A DNA stretch of 63,791 nt, the filler included, from Chiloscyllium plagiosum (Eukaryota): the NCBI RefSeq assembly GCF_004010195.1. It is 6 parts of 2 records of this genome, joined end to end, with 100 filler letters (N's around TTAATTAATTAA, not from the genome) between each part and the next. Parts side by side here need not be neighbours in the genome. Positions count along the whole stretch, not along the records: positions 1 to 14,732 come from NC_057712.1; positions 14,833 to 40,961 come from NC_057712.1; 4 more parts are not named here. One strand, given 5' to 3'. The notes under the pieces are model-generated. The model did not search any database and had not been told where the DNA came from. It saw only the letters and a list, made by a program, of their open reading frames with translations. Shown here piece after piece: positions 13,786-25,427 of this stretch. Position 1 is the stretch's first letter. Every line of letters starts with the position of its first letter. The translations under genes were made by a program, and so were the position numbers.

Positions 13786-14732
13786 GTTCTTCATCCAGAC
13801 ACACGGAACAGCCATGGGGACCAAATTTGCACCCCAATATGCCAACATTTTTTAGCACAGGTTCGAACAAGACTTCTTCTCTATGCAGGATCTCCAACCA
13901 ACATTGTACACCAGGTACATTGACGACATTTTCTTCCTCTGGACCCATGGCAAGGAGTCACTGATAAAACTACACAGTGACATCAACAAGTTTCATCTCA
14001 CCATCAAACTCACCATGGACTACTCTCGACTGTCTGTCTCATTCTTGGACACATGCGTCTCCATCAAGGATGGACACTTCAGCACCACACTCTACCGCAA
14101 ACCCACAGACACCCTCACAATGCTACACTTCTCCAGCTTCCACCCAAAACAGCCATCTCCTATGGACAAGCCCTATACATACATGGATCTGCTCAGATGA
14201 GGAGGAACGTTGTTCAACATTTCCCAGGAGCTGAAAAATTATGCCATGTTCTTCGTGACTTGCAACACATTATCAATGAGGATGAGCACCTCACCAAGAC
14301 CTTCCCCATACCTCCACTACTTGCCTTTAAACAACCACCAAACCTCAAACAGATTGTTGTTCGTAGCAAGCTGCCTGGCTCTCAGGACAACTCCATACAA
14401 CCCTGTCACGGTAGGCGTTGCAAGATGTGTCAGAGTGTGGACATAGATACCACCATTACACGTGGGGACACCTCTCACCTTGTACATGGCAGGTACTCAT
14501 GTGACTCAGCCAACGTTGTCTATCTTATACGTTGCAGGCAAGGATGCCCGGAGGCATGGTACATTGGGGAAACCGAGCAAAGGCTACGACAACGGATGAA
14601 TGGGCACCGCACAACAATCAACAGACAGGAGGGTTCCCTCCCAGTTGGCGAACACTTCAGTGGTCCAGGACATTCAGCCTCGGACCTTCGGGTGACCATC
14701 CTCCAAGGTGGACTTCAGGACAGGCAGCAGAG
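13786..14732 (+). mobile_element. Penelope-like element fragment, RT + GIY-YIG
   Basis: GTAMGTKFAPQYANIF, RYIDDIFFLW, LYRKPTD, and NVVYLIRC...WYIGET..LRQRMNGH; frameshifted and internally deleted; cut by the contig linker. Confidence 0.88.
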
Positions 14733-14832
14733 NNNNNNNNNNNNNNNNNNNNNNNNNNNNNNNNNNNNNNNNNNNNTTAATTAATTAANNNNNNNNNNNN
14801 NNNNNNNNNNNNNNNNNNNNNNNNNNNNNNNN
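14733..14832. other. Artificial contig linker (44 N + TTAATTAATTAA + 44 N)
   Basis: Identical 100-bp blocks also at 40962-41061, 51962-52061, 58454-58553 and 62030-62129; the 12-mer has stops in all six frames. Confidence 0.95.
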
Positions 14833-15000
14833 ACCACGTCTGAGGGGAAATTGCGGTCTTTGAAGAAGGAGGCCATCTGGGTTGTTCGGTATTGGAATTG
14901 GTCCTCCTGGGAGCAGATGCGGCGGAGGCGAAGGAATTGGGAATATGGGATGGCGTTTTTACAGGGTGCAGGATGGGAGGAGGTGTAATCTAGGTAGCTG
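14833..15000 (-). mobile_element. Penelope-like element fragment (RT thumb)
   Basis: SYLDYTSSHPAPCKNAIPYSQFLRLRRICS; same family as the element at 20122. Confidence 0.8.
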
Positions 15001-15413
15001 GCTACTGCTGCTCCTGATTTACATGTTTGTATGTTCCCTTGGAACATGAAAAATAATCTTCTGAGAATGAAACTGAATTCGATGATCAGAACACTGACTG
15101 GGAATGCCCACCAAGAAAGCCTGACAGAACAATATGTCATTGAATTGAGAACCCAGAGATAACTTCATTGAAATCTGCCTACAGGATGTGGGCATTATTA
15201 TTGTTACAGTGTATGACTTTTTGTTGTTGATAAATAAATTCTTGTTATCCATCTGATTGACAACTTGATATCTGGATAATTTCACTTTCAAGTATGTTCA
15301 CACTAAATGTCTTACCAATGATGAAACACTGTGGGGTTTTCTGATGACAGAAAGTAAGGACTGAGCAGATGCTGGAGATCAGAGTCAAAGAGTGTGGTAG
15401 TAGAACATCACAG

Positions 15414-15679
15414 CCTCGCAATAGCCATGGATGCATGAGTTCTGATTGGCCAGCAGATTTCTGAGGCGGAAGACTGTGACTGACCATCACAAAACCTGGT
15501 CAGGCAGCATCTGAGGAGCAGGAGAAATGATGATTGCTAATAAAGGGCTTATGCTCGAAATGTCAATTCTCCTGCTCCTCAGATCCTGCCAGACCAGGTT
15601 TTGTGATGGTCAGTCACAGTCTTCCGCCTCAGAAATCTGCTGGCCAATCAGAACTCATGCATCCATGGCTATTGCGAGG
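15414..15679. repeat. 113-bp inverted repeat with 40-bp spacer
   Basis: 15414-15526 is the reverse complement of 15567-15679, with 2 mismatches by eye. Confidence 0.92.
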
Positions 15680-16080
15680 ACAGCACATAACACTGTCAAT
15701 AATGCATCGTAACTTTATAAGAGTTTTGGAGTGGGGATGAAATGGGTCGAGGCCAGAAACCTGAAGATTGGGGTTTCATTTTGGAGAGGCCTTCTGATTG
15801 GTCCAAGGTGTCAATTAAGGAGGGACTCATGCAATGAAATTCTCTCATTGCCATTGGCTTGAGGCCATTATCTGGGTTTTATTAGTTCAATTAAGGACTT
15901 CCACTGACCAAGTGGCAGGTGGGCTGCACAATGTCACCTGCTTCTGCAGCTGGTAAATTTCTAGTGAGGAGGGAACAGACAGCAGATCACCCATTGACTT
16001 TAACTTGTTCTCTTACCTTCATACTAAAGGCAGGAGAATGATAGATCCAGCCAAATGATTAAATAACCTAATTATCTTAC

Positions 16081-16244
16081 CCTGTTAAGGATTTCTGGCA
16101 GACCTCTAGTTGTTCCTGTAAGTGAGGCAGAAGCTGTCCCATAATGTCATCACCGACACAGCACTGCACAACGATTGGAATTTCATGAGCTCGCTGCATA
16201 ATTTTTATCCATGATTTATCAACATTTTGAAATCGTTTTGCTTC
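16081..16244 (-). CDS. DNAH8: DNAH8-like exon, linker region (follows the 33477-33324 exon)
   Basis: ttcctag|GAA...ACA GG|gtaaga; 164 bp = [54 protein letters not shown](G). The residues FQN, WIKIMQR and QLPQ look more DNAH8-like than DNAH5-like, from memory. Confidence 0.9.
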
Positions 16245-16639
16245 CTAGGAAAAAAGGGATGCATCCATGTCATCAACTACAGTTTGCAAAGTGACAGTGG
16301 CATTTCTAATTTAAAAAATCCTTAGAAAACTTCTTTTAAAAACTCTGGGACAGCACATTATCTCCATTCAAGTGTTTTAATGTATTATTAGTGAAGAACA
16401 ATACCAAATAAATACTCCCTTTCATGTGAGTCTCAAACTTAAATGACAAAGTGAGCTATGAATGCACCCTTTATTTTTTTCTCCTGAAAAATTCAAACAC
16501 TGGCCGATGTTTTCTTCACAGAATTACAGAAGGAAGCCAGTCAGCTGGTCATGTCTATGCTGACCTTTGGAAAGGGACAATTCACTTATTACCACTATCT
16601 TACCTTCTCCTTGTGCCCTTGCACATGCTATTTTGACAT

Positions 16640-19085
16640 GTGAAAACGTGTGCTGCTGGCTGGGCCAGCATCTATTGGTCATCTCTAGTTGTCTTTGACA
16701 AGGTGATGGTGAGCTGTTTTCCTGAACTGCTTCTATCCACTTTGCTAGAGGTGAACCGACAATGTCATTAGGGATGAAAATGTGTTGCTGGAAAAGCGCA
16801 GCAGGTCAGGCAGCATCCAAGGAGCAGGAGAATCGATGTTTCGGGCATGAGCTCTTCCTCAGGAATGAGGAAAGTGTGCCAAGCAGGCTAAGATAAAAGA
16901 TAGGGAGGAGGGACTTGGGGGAGGGGCGTTGGAAATGCGATAGGTGGAAGGAGGTTAAGGTGAGGGTGATAAGGTGAGGGTGATAGGCCGGAGTGCGGGT
17001 GGGGCGGAGAGGTCAGGGGGAGTTGAAGTGTTGAACCACGGGGTGGTTGGGTTGGTTGGTCCGGGTGTCCTAGAGGTGTTTTCTGAAACGTTCCGCAAGT
17101 AGGCGGCCTGTCTCCCCAATATGAGGAGGCCACATCGGATACAGCGGATGCAGTAAATGATGTGTGTGGCGGTGCAGGTGAATCTGTGGCGAATATGGAA
17201 GCATCCCTTGGGGCCTTGGAGGGAAGTGGGAGGGGGGGGGGGAAGAGANNNNNNNNNNNNNNNNNNNNNNNNNNNNNNNNNNNNNNNNNNNNNNNNNNNN
17301 NNNNNNNNNNNNNNNNNNNNNNNNNNNNNNNNNNNNNNNNNNNNNNNNNNNNNNNNNNNNNNNNNNNNNNNNNNNNNNNNNNNNNNNNNNNNNNNNNNNN
17401 NNNNNNNNNNNNNNNNNNNNNNNNNNNNNNNNNNNNNNNNNNNNNNNNNNNNNNNNNNNNNNNNNNNNNNNNNNNNNNNNNNNNNNNNNNNNNNNNNNNN
17501 NNNNNNNNNNNNNNNNNNNNNNNNNNNNNNNNNNNNNNNNNNNNNNNNNNNNNNNNNNNNNNNNNNNNNNNNNNNNNNNNNNNNNNNNNNNNNNNNNNNN
17601 NNNNNNNNNNNNNNNNNNNNNNNNNNNNNNNNNNNNNNNNNNNNNNNNNNNNNNNNNNNNNNNNNNNNNNNNNNNNNNNNNNNNNNNNNNNNNNNNNNNN
17701 NNNNNNNNNNNNNNNNNNNNNNNNNNNNNNNNNNNNNNNNNNNNNNNNNNNNNNNNNNNNNNNNNNNNNNNNNNNNNNNNNNNNNNNNNNNNNNNNNNNN
17801 NNNNNNNNNNNNNNNNNNNNNNNNNNNNNNNNNNNNNNNNNNNNNNNNNNNNNNNNNNNNNNNNNNNNNNNNNNNNNNNNNNNNNNNNNNNNNNNNNNNN
17901 NNNNNNNNNNNNNNNNNNNNNNNNNNNNNNNNNNNNNNNNNNNNNNNNNNNNNNNNNNNNNNNNNNNNNNNNNNNNNNNNNNNNNNNNNNNNNNNNNNNN
18001 NNNNNNNNNNNNNNNNNNNNNNNNNNNNNNNNNNNNNNNNNNNNNNNCCCCCACCCCCATCCCGGCCTATCACCCTCACCTTATCACCCTCACCTTAACC
18101 TCCTTCCACCTATCGCATTTCCAACGCCCCTCCCCTAAGTCCCTCCTCCCTACCTTTTATCTTAGCCTGCTTGGCACACTTTCCTCATTCCTGAGGAAGC
18201 GCCCAGGCCTGAAACGTCAATTCTCCTGCTCCTTGGATACTGCCTGACCTGCTGCGCTTTTCAGCAACACATTTTCAGCTCTGATCTCCAGCATCTGCAG
18301 TCCTCACTTTCTCCTATGTCATTAGGGAGGCAATTTGAGGAATTTGACCCAATGACAGTGAAGGAATGGTGACATATTTACAAGTCAGGATGATGAGAGG
18401 GCATTGAGGGGAACTCACAAATGGTGGTATTCCCATCTATCTGCAGGCCTTGCTCTTCAAGGTGGAATTGATTATGGATTTGAAAGGTGCTGCCAATAGA
18501 TCTTTGGTGAATTCCTGCTGTGCCACACTCAGTCAAATGTGGCTTTAATGTGATGATCTGTCACTCTGACTTAACCTCTGGAATTCTGCTCTTTTGTTCA
18601 CAATTGAATCAAGGCTACAATGAGGTCAGTAGCTGAGTGGCCCAAACTGGGCTTCAGTGAGCTGGCTATTTTCAGAAAATTCTGCTTAATAGAACTGTTG
18701 ATACCCTCCATCACTTTGTTAATATTCAAGAGTAGACTGATGGGGCAGGAATTATTGGGGTTGGATTTGACCTGCATTTTTTGTACAGAACATACCTGGG
18801 CAATTTTCCACATCATTAGGTAGACATGAGTATTGTGGCTGTACCAAAGCAGCTTAGCTAAGGGTGCGGCAAGTTTGGAGTATAAGTCGACAGTAACATT
18901 GCTGGAATATTGTCAAGGCCCACAGCTTTTGCAATATCCACAACATCTAACTATTACTTGAAAACATGTGGAAAGAATTAAATTGGTTTAAGATTGGTAT
19001 CTGTAATGCTGGAGGAGGTCGAGATGATTCATCCATTCACCACTTCTGGTTGAAGATTGCTGCAAATGTTTCATCCTTACTTTTT
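16640..19085 (-). mobile_element. Old CR1/L2-group LINE remnant interrupted by the 16775 PLE
   Basis: WKIAQVC.V.K...KSNP.N..PISLL..I.KVMEG RT-proximal motif; related pieces at ~37850-38400 and 57070-57420. Confidence 0.6.
16775..18315. mobile_element. Penelope-like element with inverted terminal arms and 13-bp TSD
   Basis: Left arm (minus; HIIYCIRC GIY-YIG fragment) is the reverse complement of the right arm 18048-18280. TSD ATGTCATTAGGGA at 16762-16774 and 18316-18328. Centre is an N gap. Confidence 0.85.
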
Positions 19086-20121
19086 CATAGTTTCATGGTA
19101 ATAGAAGCAAGAGGAGGCCATTTGGACCATTAAGCCTGCTCTGCCATTCATGAAGATCATGGCTGATCTATCCATCATCTCAACTTCTCCTACCTGCATT
19201 ATCCCCATAAGCATTAATTCCCCTACCATGCAAAAGCCCATTCAACTGTGTCTTGAATATATTTAATGCAGCCGCCTCCACTTCTTCCTTGGACAGAGAA
19301 TTCCACAGATTCATTACTCTCTGGGAAAAGCAGTTCCTCCTCATCTCTGCCCTAAATCTATCTCCCCAATCTTGAGGCCATGTCCCTCGTCCTGGTCTCA
19401 CTCACAAGTGGAAACAACTTGCCTGCCTCTGTCTTATCTATCAGTTTCTAGAGGGTACAGTCCCAGGCGGTTCTATCTTTCCTCATAGGGTAACTCCCTC
19501 ATCTCCAGAATCAACCTGGTGAATCTCTTCTGCACTGTCTCAAAAACCAATGTATCCTTTCTCAAGTAAGGAGACCAGAACTACGTACAATACTCCAGGT
19601 GCAGCCTCACCAGCACCTTGTACAATTGCAGCAGAATCTCACTGGTTTTAAATTCAATCTCTCTAGCAATGAAAGTCATATTCCGTTTGCCTTCCTGATT
19701 ACCTGTTGCACCTGCAAATCGAGCATGGTGTATGAGCATCCCTGTACAACAGCATGCTGCAATCTTTCACCATTTAAATAAAACTCTGACCTACTATTTT
19801 TACTTTCAAAGTGGATAACCTCAAATTTACCAATGTTGTACTCCATCTGCCAGACCTTTGCCCACACACTTAACCTATCTACATCTTTCTGCAGACACTT
19901 CACATCCTCAGCACAGTTTGTCTTTCCACTCAATTTAGTGTCAATAGAAAACTTGGATATGTTACACTCGGTCCCCTCTTCCAAATCATTGATATATATC
20001 ATGAACAGTTGCGGGCCCAACACCGACCCCTGTGGCACCCCACTCACCACTGATCACCAACCAGAGAAACATCCAGTTATTCCAACTATCTGCTTTCTAT
20101 TGGTTAACCCATCCTCTATCT

Positions 20122-21507
20122 CTGCTCCCAGGAGGACCAGTTCAAAATACGTACAACACAGATGGCCTCCTTCTTCAAGGACCGCAATTTCCCCCCCGAC
20201 GTGGTCGACGGTGCCCTCCACCGCATCTCCTCCACTTCCCGCTCCTCCGCCCTTGAGCCCCGCCCCTCCAACCGCCACCAGGACAGAACCCCACTGGTCC
20301 TCACCTACCACCCCACCAATCTCCATGTACAGCGCATCATCCAACGTCACTTCCGCCACCTCCAAACAGACCCCAGCACCAAGGATATATTTCCCTCCCC
20401 ACCCCTATCAGCTTTCCGTAGAGACCACTCCCTCCGCGACTCCCTCGTCAGGTCCACACCCCCCACCAACNNNNNNNNNNNNNNNNNNNNNNNNNNNNNN
20501 NNNNNNNNNNNNNNNNNNNNNNNNNNNNNNNNNNNNNNNNNNNNNNNNNNNNNNNNNNNNNNNNNNNNNNNNNNNNNNNNNNNNNNNNNNNNNNNNNNNN
20601 NNNNNNNNNNNNNNNNNNNNNNNNNNNNNNNNNNNNNNNNNNNNNNNNNNNNNNNNNNNNNNNNNNNNNNNNNNNNNNNNNNNNNNNNNNNNNNNNNNNN
20701 NNNNNNNNNNNNNNNNNNNNNNNNNNNNNNNNNNNNNNNNNNNNNNNNNNNNNNNNNNNNNNNNNNNNNNNNNNNNNNNNNNNNNNNNNNNNNNNNNNNN
20801 NNNNNNNNNNNNNNNNNNNNNNCAAGTAGGCTGCCTGTCTCCCCAATATAGAGGAGGCCACACCGGCTGCAGCGGATGCAGTAGGTGGTGTGGGTGGGGG
20901 TACCTCCACCCACATCATCTACTGCATCCGCTGCAGCCGGTGTGGCCTCCTCTATATTGGGGAGACAGGCCGCCTACTTGCGGAGCGATTCAGAGAGCAC
21001 CTCTGGGCCACCCGGACGAACCAACCCCACCAACCTGTGGCACAGCATTTCAACTCCCCCTCCCACTCCACCGAGGATATGCAGGTCATTGGACTCATCC
21101 ACCGCCAAACCACAACAACGCGACGGTCGGAGGAGGAGCGTCTTATCTTCCGACTGGGAACCCTCCCACCGCCGGGGGTGAACTTGGACTTCACCAGTTT
21201 CTTCATCCCCCCTCCCCCCACCTTGTCTCCGCCGGGTCCCCCCAGCCCGGCGCCGCCTTCCTGACCTGCAGTCTTCTTCTTGACCTCTCCGCCTCCATCC
21301 TACTCCGACCTATCACCCTCACCTTGACCTCTTTCCACCTATCACATTTCCAACGCCCTCCTCCAAGTCCCTCCTCCCTACCTTTTATCTTCTCCTGCTG
21401 AACACTCTCTGCTCATTCCTGAAGAAGGGCCTGTGCCCGAAACGTCGAATCTCCTGTTCCCTGGATGCTGCCTGACCTGCTGTGCTGTTCCAGCAATAAA
21501 GTTTCAA
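20122..21507 (+). mobile_element. 5'-truncated Penelope-like element inserted in a CR1
   Basis: MASFFKDRNFP...LVLTYHP and HIIYCIRCSRCGLLYIGETGR.LAERFREH (GIY-YIG). TSD CCATCCTCTATCT at 20109-20121 and 21508-21520. Confidence 0.88.
21415..21450 (+). ncRNA. Minimal hammerhead ribozyme motif, family A (best-preserved copy)
   Basis: AUUC-CUGAAGA-A-GGGC(CUGU)GCCC-GAAA-CGUC-GAAU: stem I AUUC/GAAU, stem II 4 bp, loopless palindromic ACGU stem III, GUC cleavage triplet. Confidence 0.75.
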
Positions 21508-22197
21508 CCATCCTCTATCTATGCTAGTATATGTCCCGCAACTCTGTACATTTTTATCTCATGGATGATTCTTTTATGCGGCACCTTATTGAACGCCTTC
21601 TGGAAATTCAAGTATACAACATCCACCTGTTCCCCTCCATCTACCTCGCTTGTTACATCCTCAAACAACTCCAGTAAGTTTGTCAAACACGACCTTGCCT
21701 TCGTGAATCCATGCTGCATCTGCCTGATGGAACCCTTTCCAACCAGACATCTCACTATTTCTTCTTTCATGATAGCCTCCAGCATTTTCCCGAGCATTGA
21801 TGTTAAGCTCACTAGCCTGTAGTTACCTGCCTTTTGCCTACACTCTTTTTCAAACAGCAGCATGACATTCACTGTCCTCCAGTCTGTCGGGATCTGTCTG
21901 GAGTCCAGTGAATTTTGGTAAATTACCACTAACGCATCTACAAAACTTCTGCCATTTCTTTCAGCACATGGATTGCATTCCATCAGGATCAAGGGACATA
22001 TCTACCTTTAGACTCTCAAGTTCAGGTGGCACGATGGCTCAGTGGTTAGCATTGCTGCCTCATAACACCAGTGACCTGGGTTCAATTCTAGCCTCAGGCA
22101 ACTATCTGTGTCTCTGTGGGATTTCCGAGAGGGTGCTCTGGTTTCCTCCCACAGTCCAAAGATGTGCAGATTAGATGAATTGGCCATGTTAAATTGC

Positions 22198-22409
22198 TGA
22201 AAATGTGTTGCTGGAAAAGCGCAGCAGGTCAGGCAGCATCCAGGGAACAGGAGAATCGACGTTTCGGGCATAAGCCCTTCTTCAGGAAAAAGGGCTTATG
22301 TCCAAAATGTCGATTCTCCTGTTCCCTGGATGCTGCCTGACCTGCTGCGCTTTTCCAGCAACACATTTCCAGCTCTGATCTCAAGCATCTGCAGACCTCA
22401 CTTTCTCCT
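22198..22409. mobile_element. Non-coding foldback PLE-end mini-element inserted in a SINE
   Basis: Two inverted copies of the PLE 3' terminus (~22198-22279 vs ~22290-22371) plus a 3' tail. TSD CATGTTAAATTGC at 22185-22197 and 22410-22422. Confidence 0.85.
22254..22288 (-). ncRNA. Minimal hammerhead ribozyme motif, family A
   Basis: UUC-CUGAAGA-A-GGGC(UUAU)GCCC-GAAA-CGUC-GAUU; core intact, stem I short. Confidence 0.65.
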
Positions 22410-25328
22410 CATGTTAAATTGCCCATTGTGTTCAAGGATGTGTAGGTTAGGTGTATTAGTCAGGGATAAATGTAGAGTAATGGGCCTCTTTGGAGGATTG
22501 ATGTGGACTTGTTGGGCTGAATGGCATGTTTCCAAACTTTAGAGATTCTATGATTTTGCTCAACACTACTCCTTTAGTGATCACAATTGAATTGAGGTCC
22601 TCACCTCCCATCATATCCTTAACATCATTCTTTGGCATGTTGGACACATTGTCCACGTGATACAAAATAGTTATTCAAATTCTCTGCTGCTTCAGTATTA
22701 CCCAATATTAATTCCCTTTTCTCATCCTGCAAGGGACCTTCAGTCCACTTTAACTATCCTTTTATAAAAACTTTTCCTAACTGTTTTTATATTCTATGCG
22801 AGTTTGCATTCATAATCTCTCTCTTCTTTATTGCTTGCTTCGTGGTTCTTGATGCTTTTTGAAGTTTTGCCAATCTTCCTGTTTCTCACTATTCTTATCT
22901 ACTTTGTAAGCCTGTGCTTTTAATTGGATGCCTTCCTTTGTTTCCTTGGTTATCCAAGGGCTGGCTCTTCCTACCCTTACTATCCTTGTTTTTGACTGGA
23001 ATATACTTTCTATGAGCACTGTGAAAAATCTCTGTGAAAGTCTTCCACTGTTCCTTAACTGTTCCACCATTTTACTTGTGTTCCCAATCTAATTTAGCCA
23101 ACTCCTTCTTCATCCTGTTATAGTCTCCCTTGTTTAAGCACAACACCCTGGTTTTAGAAGATACAATTTCACCCTCCATTTGTATCTAAAATTTGGTCAC
23201 ACTGAGGTCACTCTTTCGGAGAGGATCCTTAACTATGAGATCTTAATTTCACCTGTCTCATTACACAGGGCCAGATCTAAGATTGTAGTTTTAGTAACAT
23301 GTTGTTCAAGAAAGTTATCTCGGATAAGTCATATGAACTCCTCTTCAAGACTGCCTCTACTTGATTTGGCCAATCAATGTGTACATTAAAGACCCAATGA
23401 CTACTGCCGTTCCATTCTTACATGCATCAGATATTTCTTGATTGATTGCCTGTGCCACCATGGCATTATTATTGGATGGCCCACCAGTCACTCTTACTAT
23501 TCCTGATCTCCACCCAAATGGATTCAACATTTTGCTCCTAAGGTGCTGTATCATCTCTCCCTATCACTCTGATCTCAACCTTGATTAAGAGCATGACCCA
23601 ACCTCCATTATCTTCCTGCCTTTCCTTCTTAATAACCTGATACCCTTGGATATTTAATTCCCACTCATTACTACCCTGAAACCACATTTCTGTAATGCCA
23701 ATTAAATCATACCTCTTTGAATTGATTTTCACAAGTTCATCGACTTTGTTTCGAATACTACGGACATTCAGACAAAGTGCCCTTTTTCTCAATGTCCCTT
23801 TAGAATCTAGCAATCTTCCTGTATTTTGCATATGATTATGTCACCAGTTTTACTTTTTCTCTTTTCTAACTTTTGCTCTGGTCTCTGTATTGCTTTGTTC
23901 TGCTTTTCTGCCTGGACTCCGATCCTCTTGCCATTTTAGTCTACCCTTCCTCACAGTCTCTGCTCGTTGCATCAACTGCTGCATCTTCTGATCTGACATT
24001 CTGGGTCCCACTCCCCTTCTACCCCTGCCAACGTAGTTTAAAGCTTCCCCAACAGCTCTAGCAAACCTGTCCACAAGGATATTGGTCCTCCTTGAGTTCA
24101 GGTGTAACCCACATCTTTTGTACAGTTCATACCTTCCCCAGAAGAGAACCCAATGATCCACAAATCTGAAACCCTCTTCCCTGCAGCAACTCTTCAGCCA
24201 CACATTTGTCTGCCATACCTTCCTATTCTTGCCCTCACTAAGGTGTGGAACAGGCAGCAATCCAGAGATTACTACCCTTGAGGTCCTTCTTTTTCTCTTC
24301 CTTTCTAACCCCCCAGATTCATTCTTCACAACCTCAACCCTTTTCCTAGCTATGTCATTGGTACCAATGTGTACCACAACTTCTGCTGCTCACTGTCCCC
24401 TTTAAGAATGCCGATCTGAGACATCCCTGATCCTGGCAATTAGAAGGCAACATACCATCCAGGTGTCTCGTTCTCGTCCACAGAATCACCTGTCTGTTCT
24501 CCTAACCAATGAATCCCTTATCATTATCGCTCTTCTCTTCTTCTCCCTTCCCTTCAAAGCCACAGGGTCAGACTCAGTGCCAGAAACCTGGCCGCAGTGG
24601 TTATCCCCTGGTAGGTCCCCCTCAATCCCACCAAACAGTATCTAAAATGGTATACTTATTATTGAGGGGAATGGCCACAGGGGTCCCTGCACTAACTGCT
24701 TATTTCCCTTCCTGATGATCACCCAGCTACCCTCATCTTGTAACCTAGGTGTGACTACCTTCCTGTAACTCCTCTCTATCAACTCCTCAGCCTCTAGGTG
24801 ACCGTGTATGATTCAGAAAAGATTAGTACACAGGTTCAGTTAGCAATTAAGGAAGCTAATAAAATATTATTGTCTACTGCAAGGAGATTTGAATAAAATG
24901 GAAGTGGGGGGTAATGCTTCTACATACAGGACATCAGTGAGGCCACACCTGGGGTGGTGTGGACAATATTAATCTCCTTACTTAAAGATGTAAATGCACT
25001 GATTACAGTTCAGAGAATGTTTACTCATAACTTGATTGCATGTTTTTTATTTAATGATGCAAGCTTGGACTTGTACCAACTTGAGTTCAGAAGGTTCAGA
25101 GGCTACTTGATTGAAACATTTGGAGGGGTTTTGACAGGGTCAAAAGGATGTTTCTTCTTGTGGGATTATCTGGAACTAAAGGTTAAAAATAAGTGGTTGT
25201 CTATTTAAGACAGAGATAATTTTTTTTCTCTTACAGACAGGCTTGTATATACACTGTGCCTGTTTCAACTCAACAAAGTAGGTAACAGCTTGTGCTGGTC
25301 CATTTTTCAGGGTAATATCCTGAACCAA

Positions 25329-25427
25329 TTTCTGAAGAAGAGCTTATGCCCGAAACGTTGATTCTCCTGCTCCTTGGATGCTGCCTGACCTGCTGTGCTT
25401 TTCCAGCAACACGTTTTTCAGCTCCTC
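25329..25427 (+). mobile_element. Solo PLE 3' terminus
   Basis: Same family as 21415-21500; direct repeat CCTGAACCAA at 25319-25328 and 25428-25437. Confidence 0.78.

Larger units (their letters stand above)
22025..22553 (+). mobile_element. HE1/V-SINE-type SINE interrupted by the PLE mini-element
   Basis: ggtggcacgatggctcagtggttagc...gggttcaattc; resumes after 22410. Confidence 0.8.
19100..24790 (-). mobile_element. Long CR1-type LINE (ORF1 esterase + ORF2) with nested PLE and SINE
   Basis: ORF1 VHIGTND...VVISGLLP...GLHLN; ORF2 LNVRSIRNKVDEL..IGITE.W, NYRLVSLTS, QHGF..RSCLTNL, SGVPQGSVLGP. Confidence 0.87.
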
